Notes under the pieces: generated by a model
What the model was told of the DNA's origin: nothing
Databases searched by the model: none
The model's input: only the letters and a program-made list of their open reading frames with translations
Program-made: the position numbers and the translations under genes
Part shown: positions 9,259 to 17,895 of the stretch, piece after piece
Numbering within the stretch: position 1 is the first letter of the stretch
Layout: each line of letters starts with the position of its first letter
DNA from: a virus
Lineage: Duplodnaviria; Caudoviricetes
Strand: one strand, 5' to 3'
Length of the DNA stretch: 53,365 bases
IMG/VR virus record: IMGVR_UViG_3300025674_000056
Span: 1 to 53,365 of that record

Positions 9259-9858
9259 TTATTGAAGTTTGGACAGTCGAATTACGTCCTCATTCAGGAA
9301 GAAATTCTCCCGAGCCGAATCGGGGAGACCTTGGGATTCATGATTCTCGTTGGTAATCATGACCGCCGACTCTGAGGACTTGAAAGGAACTTCGGCTTTT
9401 TCCTGTTCAACGACAAGTGCCTCTGAGAGTTGGCTAAGTTCAGTCTCTTGGTGATCCAACTTGGACTCCAGGAGGCTGACTGTTTTAAGTGATTCGTTGA
9501 GTTGCGATTGGACGGCTTCAAGCTCATCCTGCAACTTAGCGTTTGCTGCTTCATGAACTGCGACGGCGTTACCGAAGTCTTCGCCGTCAATCTCACCAGC
9601 GACGATGGTCTTGATGGCTTCGAACACCTTGTAGGCACGAACCATCTTGTCTTCCGACTCAAGTTCCTGCCGCGCAGATTCTTTGAGATCCTCAATCTTG
9701 GTACGAAGGAAAGCTTTGACCTTCGTCTCAATCATGACAACCTCTTCCGCAACACGCTCCTCAACGACCTCATCGAGTAAAGAAGCTACCTCCTCGATTC
9801 CAGCCTCGGTGAGACCTTCGGGGAGTGCTTCAACTAATTTATCGAGATTTGTGCTCAT
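9259..9858 (-). CDS. gp22: Prohead core scaffold protein (gp22-like)
   Basis: Acidic coiled-coil protein between the protease and MCP genes, with many L-x-E motifs. Confidence 0.75.
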   Translation of the reverse strand: MSTNLDKLVEALPEGLTEAGIEEVASLLDEVVEERVAEEVVMIETKVKAFLRTKIEDLKESARQELESEDKMVRAYKVFEAIKTIVAGEIDGEDFGNAVAVHEAANAKLQDELEAVQSQLNESLKTVSLLESKLDHQETELSQLSEALVVEQEKAEVPFKSSESAVMITNENHESQGLPDSARENFFLNEDVIRLSKLQ

Positions 9859-9880
9859 GATAATCTTGGGTTGCTACGAG

Positions 9881-9887
9881 TATGTAC
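9881..9887 (-). promoter_or_regulatory. Late-promoter-like variant GTACATA
   Basis: Intergenic, 22 nt upstream of the gp22 ATG. One mismatch to CTA-N-ATA. Confidence 0.35.
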
Positions 9888-9916
9888 TATACGGCTGATG
9901 CGAGTGTATTTTATTT

Positions 9917-10528
9917 TTAAAGTTTGCCCAGCCGCCGCTTGAGTGCAGTGATGTAAATCCGATCATTGTGAAAATGCTCAAGCTCTTCCACGATAGGTTC
10001 ACGGAGTTCGTTTAGTTGTTTACTCTCGGAAAGGGAAGGGAAAGCGTCCTGGCTAGACGGCTCCGACACCATGTCGAAAGTAATCATGTTGTAGTTCTCA
10101 CCTACGACGTAATTCGAACCAGACTCGTCTAAGTCCATCGAACCCGTACCTCGCGATGAGATACCTAACTTAACACCCGCCCTCAGAAGCTCTGTAAGAA
10201 CTTTTCCGGCGGGTGTGTTCAGAACCTCACCCTCTCCCATTACGTGGTTACCTTGCATTGAAAGCTTGGTGATAACGTGAGAGACGTTTCCAAGGTGAAC
10301 AATCTCATCGGAGGGGTGGTCAAGCTCACCAAGAAGTTGGCGAGATTCGATCTTCGGCTGAAGCTTCTTTACTTCACGCTCAAGAAGGGGGCGATTATAG
10401 ATGCGCTTGTTGCCGTTCGGACGTTCGGCCTCAGAGAAGATACCTTTGAACTTCATGGGTCCCCCAGACTTCCCTTCGGAAAGAAGGGAGATTTCTCCGA
10501 ACGAAAAGATATCTCTAATAAGCATCAC
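9917..10528 (-). CDS. gp21: Prohead protease (T4 gp21 family)
   Basis: N.N.RIY, GELDHP (catalytic His), TPAGK, GISSRGTGS (catalytic Ser) and FDMVSEPS. Confidence 0.96.
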   Translation of the reverse strand: MMLIRDIFSFGEISLLSEGKSGGPMKFKGIFSEAERPNGNKRIYNRPLLEREVKKLQPKIESRQLLGELDHPSDEIVHLGNVSHVITKLSMQGNHVMGEGEVLNTPAGKVLTELLRAGVKLGISSRGTGSMDLDESGSNYVVGENYNMITFDMVSEPSSQDAFPSLSESKQLNELREPIVEELEHFHNDRIYITALKRRLGKL

Positions 10529-11067
10529 TTAATCTCCTGGGTTTCGTTAAGAATAGCGTCGATGAAGAGTTCAAAAGACTCCTTCTTGACCTTCTTTTTC
10601 TTCTTAGCCTTGCCCTTCTCAACCTTGCTAAGAGCCTTGTCCACGGGCTCGATCTTTACAGTGTCCTTGCCCATATCAGCTCCGTGAGTGCTGTAGGCGC
10701 GAGAAGCGGTCATCTGAGGACCGACTCCGATACCGCCAACGCCCGTAACTTCACGAAGAATATCGCGAGCCTGTAGAAGGATCTGAACCTGCGCCTCCCC
10801 CAGACGGGAAGAGCCGCACGACTTCTTCTTGGCCGTCTTCTTCTTGGCGACCGCTTTCATCTTTTTCTTAGGAGCGGCCTCGTCATAAGATTGCTCCTCA
10901 TTGAGATGCTTTGTGGATTCGTTCATCATACTCTCGCGTAGCTTGTCCGAAAGCTCAGGAAGCTCCGGTTCGTTGTAAGGGTTAGAAAGTTGTGACTGAG
11001 CCTTGGACGGGCTGCTAAGGGCACCCCCAAGAATATCATCAGCCATTGCCATGATACTCTTATCCAT
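10525..11067 (-). CDS. Hypothetical prohead core / internal protein (Lys-rich patches)
   Basis: Directly upstream of gp21, where T4 has gp67/gp68. Repeated L/M-x-E motifs and poly-Lys segments. Confidence 0.6.
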   Translation of the reverse strand: MDKSIMAMADDILGGALSSPSKAQSQLSNPYNEPELPELSDKLRESMMNESTKHLNEEQSYDEAAPKKKMKAVAKKKTAKKKSCGSSRLGEAQVQILLQARDILREVTGVGGIGVGPQMTASRAYSTHGADMGKDTVKIEPVDKALSKVEKGKAKKKKKVKKESFELFIDAILNETQEIK

Positions 11068-11071
11068 GTCT

Positions 11072-11635
11072 TCAGTCCTCGTCGCCGTCGTCGTCGGACA
11101 TGCCTGGCTTGGGCTTGTCGCCCATCTTAGCCTTCATCTTGTCGGCCATCATAGCCTTCATCTTGTCCTTCTTCTTGTCCTTCATACCTGGCTTGTCCAT
11201 GCCTGGCTTGGGCTTGCCGGGCATCATTTTTTCCTTCTTCATATCGCCGTCGTATGCCTCGTCAACTTCTTCATCATCAGCGAAGTCGGACTCGGAAAGC
11301 ATGCAAGCATAAAGATTGCCGTCGCCGTCTTCGAAAACACCTTCGAGGATGTAATCGACTTCATCGAACTCAACGAACTCAACGAGGACTTCTTCGCCGC
11401 TCTCATCGAGAGAGACGGTGAAGGTTTCATCAAGCTCCTGAAGACGAATATAGTGAAGACCGTCTTCAGCCTCAACGACCTCTTCGGTCAGGGCGAAGCG
11501 AGCATCTTCGAAAGCATATACGTCAACGTGAACTTCCTCCTCGGAGGGCACTTCATAGCCCGCGCTCTCCATGAGGCTTTTAGCGTGTGCATCGGAAACG
11601 CGAGTGAATTGCGATTCGTTGTTTAGGTATTTCAT
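11072..11635 (-). CDS. Hypothetical acidic prohead core-like protein with KPGM/MK-rich tail
   Basis: Very acidic, with a low-complexity C-terminus (KPKPGM twice). Upstream of the protease, with CTAAATA at 11679-11685. Confidence 0.6.
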   Translation of the reverse strand: MKYLNNESQFTRVSDAHAKSLMESAGYEVPSEEEVHVDVYAFEDARFALTEEVVEAEDGLHYIRLQELDETFTVSLDESGEEVLVEFVEFDEVDYILEGVFEDGDGNLYACMLSESDFADDEEVDEAYDGDMKKEKMMPGKPKPGMDKPGMKDKKKDKMKAMMADKMKAKMGDKPKPGMSDDDGDED

Positions 11636-12111
11636 TGTTCCTGTTCCTTATCGAGAGTGGAAATCATTCCCTCTAGTTTATTTAGTCGGTTCGTATATTC
11701 GTCTACTTCTTTTTTACTTGCTGTATCCGATAGACTGATAAAATTCTTTGCCCAGGCTCTTCCTCGCTTCGTTACAAGGGGTACGAGAATAAAGATAATC
11801 ACGTACCACCAACCCAAAGTATGGAGTAATGCACTCAGGCTGGATACGAAAGCTTGCCACGGGCTTTGAGGAATCTGAGCCGCAATATTCTGTTGCGCCT
11901 GCTTTTTAAGATCAACATTAGCACGTTCGGCCTGCTGTAGTTGCGAAGCCCCGATACCTACTGCCGCGCCAGCAGCAGCGCCCCCAGGACCAACGACGGA
12001 TCCAGCAGCAGCGCCTCCTGCACCATAAAGCATGGTTTCAAGGGACTGGCATGCAGGAGTTAGCATTAAACAAACACTAAGAGTTATATTCCGTAGTAAT
12101 GTAGCCATCAA
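11632..12111 (-). CDS. Putative lipoprotein with glycine zipper and a transmembrane helix (candidate unimolecular spanin)
   Basis: Hydrophobic N-terminus ending LTPA-C (imperfect lipobox), GAGGAAAGSVVGPGGAAAGAAVG zipper, TM segment LGWWYVIIFILVPLV followed by TKRGR. Confidence 0.5.
   Translation of the reverse strand: MMATLLRNITLSVCLMLTPACQSLETMLYGAGGAAAGSVVGPGGAAAGAAVGIGASQLQQAERANVDLKKQAQQNIAAQIPQSPWQAFVSSLSALLHTLGWWYVIIFILVPLVTKRGRAWAKNFISLSDTASKKEVDEYTNRLNKLEGMISTLDKEQEQ
11679..11685 (-). promoter_or_regulatory. Late-promoter-like motif CTAAATA heading the head-gene unit
   Basis: Inside the 3' end of the lipoprotein gene, 43 nt upstream of ATG 11635. Confidence 0.45.
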
Positions 12112-13804
12112 TAATTAAGGTGTGGTTAACATCATCGCTTCCGGTTGCATAGGTCTGAATACGTAGAACTACGGTGCCGTTAGCAAGTGATTTATTTACA
12201 GGGGCGTAGAAAGTATTGACACCTCCATAATTCCTTCGAAGATCTCCGCCCGACTGTGCGACTCCCCACATCGAAATTAGTCGGAACGGGAGAGACCCTC
12301 CCTGCATGTATACTCGGTTAACGTCGTCGGTATCATTACCTCCTCCGTCACTAAGAATTCTAAACTGCACGGCCACAATTCCTTGACGATCAAAAGGAGG
12401 GATCTTAGTAGTAATATCCCACTCCCTAGGATTGGCGGCAGTACCCAAGTTACTAACCCTTCCAAATTGAAATACAACCTCTTGCGTGGGTAGGAACTTA
12501 TGCCTTTCTACGGGAATCGAAATACCGCCGCCCACTGAGTTCTCCAGAGCCGCAATACGCCCTTCATGGTTTAGACCATTCGGAGTAGGTCCAGGTGCAG
12601 TGCCCTGAACATCTACCTTAAGCTGAGTTACATCCTCCACGACCTCAGTTACCGTATTATTGAGGGCGTCTACATTCGCGGTGTTTTGATTAACCTTACC
12701 CTCAAGCTCACTAACTTTCTGGTCGATTCGATCGACCTCAAACATCAGACGCGAATCAGTTACAAACGGGTTCGAACCAGCCGGGTTATTAGAAGTGAGG
12801 ATTGCAGCGCGCTCGTTGTAGGTAAGCTCAGTGCTACGAAGGAACGGACGAATATCAAGTACGTTCTCAATAGGGATTGGCTGTCCCGTAACATACCCTT
12901 GAGGAACTCGGACGTAAGCGACGGGAAGCGTGAATGCAGCTTGTGTTTCTACCTGCTGACCTAGAATGACGCCCTGAGATGTTCGGCCACCGCCTTGAGG
13001 GTGCCATGCAAAGTTCGTAAGGTCGTCGGGCGAAGGTACGCTGCCGAAGTTCGTACCAGTAGTAATCTCCGAGGATGCCATGCCAGTCATACGACCCGCC
13101 AAACGCCCAGTCTCAGTCTCAAACCTGCTTCCGTTAGCTTGAACTCCCGCAGCTTCGTCTGTCCTGAAATACGCGCCTTTGATAATGCCAACCGACGCTA
13201 GTGGAATGCCGATATTTGTATGATCGGTATCCAGCGCGCCTGTGGCTTTAATGTAAACTAGATCCAGACGTTCCGCAGGCGCACTATTGGCGTTGAACTC
13301 CGAAGGATCAAAAGACTCAATCACGACGGATTTATCAGAGCCGTCGCTGTTCTGATAGAGTTCCACTACGGAGGTACGGCCAACGCCTCGGGTAAAGCGA
13401 ACAAAATCGTCCGCAAGTGTCGTGGAATTTAGTCCCTGGGTTCCATCGAAAGAGGTGTTGTTGAAGTTAGCATCGCTATCTCGCATCATTCGCCAACCAC
13501 TTTCTCGACTCGCGGGAAGCTGCATGCGGGCGTTAAATTTTCCAGGACGAACGTAAACCTTTCCAAAATCTTCGGTTGCTCCCGTTGTAGGCTCAACCCA
13601 TGCCTTTAGATCGGCCAATGCTGTGAAAGGGAAAGCTCCTTTGTTGCTATCTCCAAAACCTCTTACGGTCGCTTCTAGAGCGCCGAGACGCTCTTCAAGA
13701 ACAATGTCGTTATCTAATAAATCAGTAAGAGGCAAGTTATCGACTTGCCAATAATAAGGATCGTTCGGCTGATAAAGCCTGATTGCTCTGTTAATGTTTG
13801 CCAT
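12077..13804 (-). CDS. Tail fibre / whisker-like structural protein with central coiled coil
   Basis: N-terminal 'YYWQVDNLPL' motif shared with the two upstream fibre paralogues, a heptad stretch (IDQKVSELEGKVNQNTANVDALNNTV...HEGRIAALE) and a beta-rich C-terminal domain. Confidence 0.6.
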   Translation of the reverse strand: MANINRAIRLYQPNDPYYWQVDNLPLTDLLDNDIVLEERLGALEATVRGFGDSNKGAFPFTALADLKAWVEPTTGATEDFGKVYVRPGKFNARMQLPASRESGWRMMRDSDANFNNTSFDGTQGLNSTTLADDFVRFTRGVGRTSVVELYQNSDGSDKSVVIESFDPSEFNANSAPAERLDLVYIKATGALDTDHTNIGIPLASVGIIKGAYFRTDEAAGVQANGSRFETETGRLAGRMTGMASSEITTGTNFGSVPSPDDLTNFAWHPQGGGRTSQGVILGQQVETQAAFTLPVAYVRVPQGYVTGQPIPIENVLDIRPFLRSTELTYNERAAILTSNNPAGSNPFVTDSRLMFEVDRIDQKVSELEGKVNQNTANVDALNNTVTEVVEDVTQLKVDVQGTAPGPTPNGLNHEGRIAALENSVGGGISIPVERHKFLPTQEVVFQFGRVSNLGTAANPREWDITTKIPPFDRQGIVAVQFRILSDGGGNDTDDVNRVYMQGGSLPFRLISMWGVAQSGGDLRRNYGGVNTFYAPVNKSLANGTVVLRIQTYATGSDDVNHTLIIDGYITTEYNS

Positions 13805-16800
13805 TATACTAACTGATTCAGTTCAAATATATTTAGTGATCTCACACCAACTCCAAAGGAAGTTAGGAAAGTATCCGTATCTCTAGCGATGCCGCCTTCA
13901 GTATCTGTGCTCTTGTGAATGGATAGTAAGTTTACTTTCTTACTGGCTGCATGCTTGGCGTTTGCAAACAGAGATGCAGCAGACTCATCAAGCCTGTTAT
14001 TGAAATACCCTTCCCAGTCAAGGCGAAGAGGAGGGATAGCAAACCCTGGGTGAAGCTGTCCATCGTACCACTTTAGAGGCGTACCTTCAGTCATTCTTGC
14101 GTGGGTTACTAGCCCGTTATTCTTACCCGGAGCCTGGTAATATCCTACGAGCCCTCTGCCAAAAGCGGGTAGTGCCGAGGTGTAGCTATACGTCGGGAGA
14201 TCAGTAAAATCATAATCTCCTACTGCTTGAGCGAAAGTAATATCGCTTAAGCTGTAAGCATAATCCGCAGGCATCTGATAACCTTGCGCGTTTACTTGGT
14301 CATAAGGCGAACCACCATCTAGAGAAGAGGTTTCAGTTAAGATATAAGTTCCTGAACCGCTTAAAGCATAAGAGGTCTCTTCGAGAGTTTTTAGATCACC
14401 GTCGCCTCCAACCATTAGACGGAATGGGCCATGGTTATCAAACTGTGATGAAGTATACTTATTCTCTGTGGCAAATCCATATTTTCCATAGTAGTCGCAC
14501 GCTGCCCCGTTCCACCACCGACCAGTTGGACCGTGCCAGTTATTGTTTACGCTTTCAGTTTTTGTATCATTACCATTTAAGAATGTTCTAAAAACTCGAA
14601 GACGAGAATCATTAGAAATATTCCAGATATGAATCCTAGAACCAAAGCCTGAGAGTACGAAGTCGTCTGCTGTAAGATAATCCCCATCTTCAGCGTAAGC
14701 GAACTGGCTGCCTCCCCCTTCAAACGGGTTTGGGGAGCCAGCCTCGCCCGGCGTGGTCGGGGTAGGTTCAATAACGCTAGTAGTTGTAGTAGTGGTTGTA
14801 GTAGTGGTTGTAGTAGTGGTTGTAGTAGTTGTCGTGGTTGTAGTAGTGGTTGTTGTGGAGGGGGTTGAAGTTGTAGTAGTTGGGGGTGTAGTAGTGGTTG
14901 TAGTAGTGGTTGTTGGGCTTGTAGTAGTGGTTGTTGTGGAGGGGGTTGAAGTTGTAGTAGTTGGGGGTGTAGTAGTGGTTGTAGTAGTTGTGGTTGTAGT
15001 AGTGGTTGTAGTAGTTGTGGTTGTGGAGGGGGTTGTAGTAGTGGTTGTTGTGGAGGGGGTTGAAGGTGTAGTAGTGGTTGTAGTTGTAGTTGTAGTAGTA
15101 GTTGTCGTGGTGGGAGGTGGAAGTGATGTAGTGGTTGTGGTGGTGGGAGGCGTAGTTGTAGGACTTGAAGTCGTGGGTCCTCCACCAGCGGTAGTAGTAG
15201 TAGTAGTTTGCGAAGTCGTAGTGTCACCCGGGCAGATACAACACTGATCCGCGATCCAACAAGTGTCCGTGGTGAAGGAAGCGGGGCCAAAGTTGTTCAT
15301 ATCGTCAATGAACTCGGTGCCCGATCCGTGCCAGTTATACATCACTCCTGACACGGAGGAGGCGGGCATTCCAAACTTGAAATTAACTAGCTCAACATCT
15401 ACGTCGCTACCGTCAACGGCACGAACACACATTCCGCCCGTGCTTCCACTAGGCTGCTCAGAGATGTCTGCCACGAGCCCTGAGTCTCTTTGGAAACGTC
15501 GAAGATCATCCCCAAGGACGACCGCTCTGTCTGTTGCTCTTAAGTTAGTAGCCACTGAGAAAGCATTAGGGAAGAACGCCATGTAACCGCCCGACGTTGC
15601 CCCGATAAACCTGTTACTCTCAACGATTGGGCCGTATGAGGATGAGGTATCAGCGGACGCACCAAGACCAAACATTCTAATTTTAGAGTCTTTTGATGCA
15701 ACTAAACAAGCGCGACTAGAGTGAAGCTCTACTTGGGTGTGGTTGGCCGAAGACTCAAGGCCAAACTTAGCTGTATCCAAGCCATTGATAAGTTCGGTAG
15801 GCGGTCCAAAATAGATCTCGGAGTTATCCTCGCATAGAGCATCAACGCCCCAACGCGAAATTTTGGTTGGCCCGATGAAACTAATCTTGGACGATCCTTT
15901 CGCGTATAGAGGAGTGGATACATAAAGATACCTAAGTTCCTTCGCGCTATCTACAACATCATTCGAGGTAATGGCTGTCCACCTGTCCGAGAAGCCTTGA
16001 AGAACAAGGTTAGAGCTTCTAGTTACGAGAGCCGCTGCACCCTGGCGCACGGAGCTTAAAGAGTTTCCCGTGTATGCAAGGCCAATGATATGCCCTCGTG
16101 AGTTGCTGTCTAATGTGATCGCGGGCGCTGGCTGATTTCCTGGTAGACCTCCGTTTCTCATAAACGAATAAGCCGACACATCAGTATCAGAAGAATCTAG
16201 CGGAGTGTTACCTCCCCAGGACCCGACATTAGAAAAGAGTTCTACATCAGGGTGTACAGCGATATTAGAGTTATTTTCCGCGATAACGTTGATGCCATTG
16301 TAATCACAATGGAAGAACTGAAAGCCAGACACGTTATCAGAAGTGCCTCCAAACTGTCCAATGAAATCTGCATGCTTACCGTACAGAAGATCAGATGAGT
16401 TTAGCTTGAAGCCGTAGTCTCGGTTATCGTCTACGCTGAACTGGGGGAGGCAGATCTTTGAGTGATCTGCCTTAACGCCTGAGAGGTTAAGGAAAGCGCC
16501 TAAGCGCCCATCGAAATCCAGAACGGAGTTTTTAAGCTTGAGTCCTAGTTTATGTCGGGTGGTTTGAAGGTGAGCAGTGATTGTGTCGCTGCCTCCCGCA
16601 TTCTTAGAGTACGTATTAGTGCTCTCTTGATCGCGAGTTCCGCCACAGATAAGAGAATTAGTTGCATTAATACCTATCTCCATACCGTCACTTACAATAC
16701 GCATATGACGCCCTGCGCGCGAAACAGAAGATGTATCAAAAACAAGTTTTGAATTGTAAAGGTTAATTCCAGCCCCACGACCCTCAGAGTCCAGAACACT

Positions 16801-17895
16801 ATCATCAACCTTAGCAATTCTCTGAACAACCAGAGACCCAGCCGAACTAATTTTACTATTAGTCGCAAGGATGCCGTTCGTTCGGCAGCGCGCTACGGCA
16901 AAATCCTCTAACAAAACATCGGAGTTGTTTAGTTTAAGTCCTACGTCTGCGCTGTAAGTTGCCGATGTTCCTACATTATCGAAACCGTCAATTAAAATAC
17001 CTTTTAGTTTTACTCGATTACAATCACGGATAGAAATCGAACTAAAGAAAGATCCATAAAGAAGAGCAGTTGCAGTATCCCCCGCCTGTACCGTATTACG
17101 CAACTCTATCAGATTAGCACTTGTGTCGTTTGAAGAGGGAGTAATTGAAGCACTCACGACTGGATCCGCGCCCGCGATGACTGTATACCCTCCAGTTGAG
17201 AAAGTTGAAGGTCCGCTACTAAAGCCAAAAGCGAACTTGCTTCCACCGGGCGTGGAATAAGATGACGCCATAAACTCACACTGCTGGCATTCTTTCTGCG
17301 AATCAGGCGATAGCTGAGAAAATGCGCGGCTTCCAGACGCCCAGAGCGAAGCGTCAAAGGTAGAATCTCCTGTTCTAGTGCTGCTGGCATTTAAGATACT
17401 TTGCTGCAAGGCAGTGGATTCCACGGACAGAATTGAAACTACGCCGTCACGAGTAAAGGTTCCGCTAACCTGCGCTTCAGTATCTGAGGCGTAGTTCAGT
17501 CCCCGAATTTCAATAGCGCCTCGTCCTTCACAGGTAATGCCAACGAGAGAGAGTGCGCCAAGCTCGTAGTAACTTGCGATCTCGATAAGAACAGGATAGT
17601 TTAGAATCCTCGGCAGCGCATCAACAGCTTCCTGCGCTGTTTGATAGACGCCTGCGCTAGGGTCTGTAGCCGCAGAAGAGGAAACAACAAGGGTAACGCC
17701 AGAGTATTCCTGACTGCCAGGAAATCCCGCGAACTGTTTGAGATAGTCGTAGCGAGACTCTAGGGTTGTGATTGACGAGTTGTCTTGCTCGTAGTTATAA
17801 AACGTGCTTGGGTCATAATGAAATACATCAACATAGTTCGTGTCAATGACTTGCGAACCTCCAGAAGCCTCATAGTATTCATATAACCTGTTCAT
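13804..17895 (-). CDS. Large fibre/tailspike-like protein (beta-helix-like) with long mucin-like Thr/Pro insert
   Basis: Repeating G-[IL]-x-[AL]-x-N-S-x-[ILV] rungs typical of right-handed beta-helices. Paralogous to 17895..21680 along its length. Contains an insert of about 150 aa rich in Thr/Pro. Confidence 0.7.
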   Translation of the reverse strand: MNRLYEYYEASGGSQVIDTNYVDVFHYDPSTFYNYEQDNSSITTLESRYDYLKQFAGFPGSQEYSGVTLVVSSSAATDPSAGVYQTAQEAVDALPRILNYPVLIEIASYYELGALSLVGITCEGRGAIEIRGLNYASDTEAQVSGTFTRDGVVSILSVESTALQQSILNASSTRTGDSTFDASLWASGSRAFSQLSPDSQKECQQCEFMASSYSTPGGSKFAFGFSSGPSTFSTGGYTVIAGADPVVSASITPSSNDTSANLIELRNTVQAGDTATALLYGSFFSSISIRDCNRVKLKGILIDGFDNVGTSATYSADVGLKLNNSDVLLEDFAVARCRTNGILATNSKISSAGSLVVQRIAKVDDSVLDSEGRGAGINLYNSKLVFDTSSVSRAGRHMRIVSDGMEIGINATNSLICGGTRDQESTNTYSKNAGGSDTITAHLQTTRHKLGLKLKNSVLDFDGRLGAFLNLSGVKADHSKICLPQFSVDDNRDYGFKLNSSDLLYGKHADFIGQFGGTSDNVSGFQFFHCDYNGINVIAENNSNIAVHPDVELFSNVGSWGGNTPLDSSDTDVSAYSFMRNGGLPGNQPAPAITLDSNSRGHIIGLAYTGNSLSSVRQGAAALVTRSSNLVLQGFSDRWTAITSNDVVDSAKELRYLYVSTPLYAKGSSKISFIGPTKISRWGVDALCEDNSEIYFGPPTELINGLDTAKFGLESSANHTQVELHSSRACLVASKDSKIRMFGLGASADTSSSYGPIVESNRFIGATSGGYMAFFPNAFSVATNLRATDRAVVLGDDLRRFQRDSGLVADISEQPSGSTGGMCVRAVDGSDVDVELVNFKFGMPASSVSGVMYNWHGSGTEFIDDMNNFGPASFTTDTCWIADQCCICPGDTTTSQTTTTTTAGGGPTTSSPTTTPPTTTTTTSLPPPTTTTTTTTTTTTTTTPSTPSTTTTTTTPSTTTTTTTTTTTTTTTTTTTPPTTTTSTPSTTTTTTSPTTTTTTTTTPPTTTTSTPSTTTTTTTTTTTTTTTTTTTTTTTTTTSVIEPTPTTPGEAGSPNPFEGGGSQFAYAEDGDYLTADDFVLSGFGSRIHIWNISNDSRLRVFRTFLNGNDTKTESVNNNWHGPTGRWWNGAACDYYGKYGFATENKYTSSQFDNHGPFRLMVGGDGDLKTLEETSYALSGSGTYILTETSSLDGGSPYDQVNAQGYQMPADYAYSLSDITFAQAVGDYDFTDLPTYSYTSALPAFGRGLVGYYQAPGKNNGLVTHARMTEGTPLKWYDGQLHPGFAIPPLRLDWEGYFNNRLDESAASLFANAKHAASKKVNLLSIHKSTDTEGGIARDTDTFLTSFGVGVRSLNIFELNQLV
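14750..15225 (-). repeat. Thr-codon low-complexity tandem repeat (12-bp units plus an 81-bp duplication)
   Basis: GTTGTAGTAGTG occurs about four times at 14783-14830. Identical blocks of about 70 bp start at 14838 and 14919 (period 81 bp, 27 aa). All units are multiples of 3. Confidence 0.9.

Noticed and set aside
14577-15290. 237-aa Leu/Gln/Pro-rich alternate-frame ORF and 164-aa poly-Val antisense ORF (14753..15247)
   Set aside because: Both are by-products of the stop-free Thr-codon repeat inside the 1363-aa gene, with no independent start signals.
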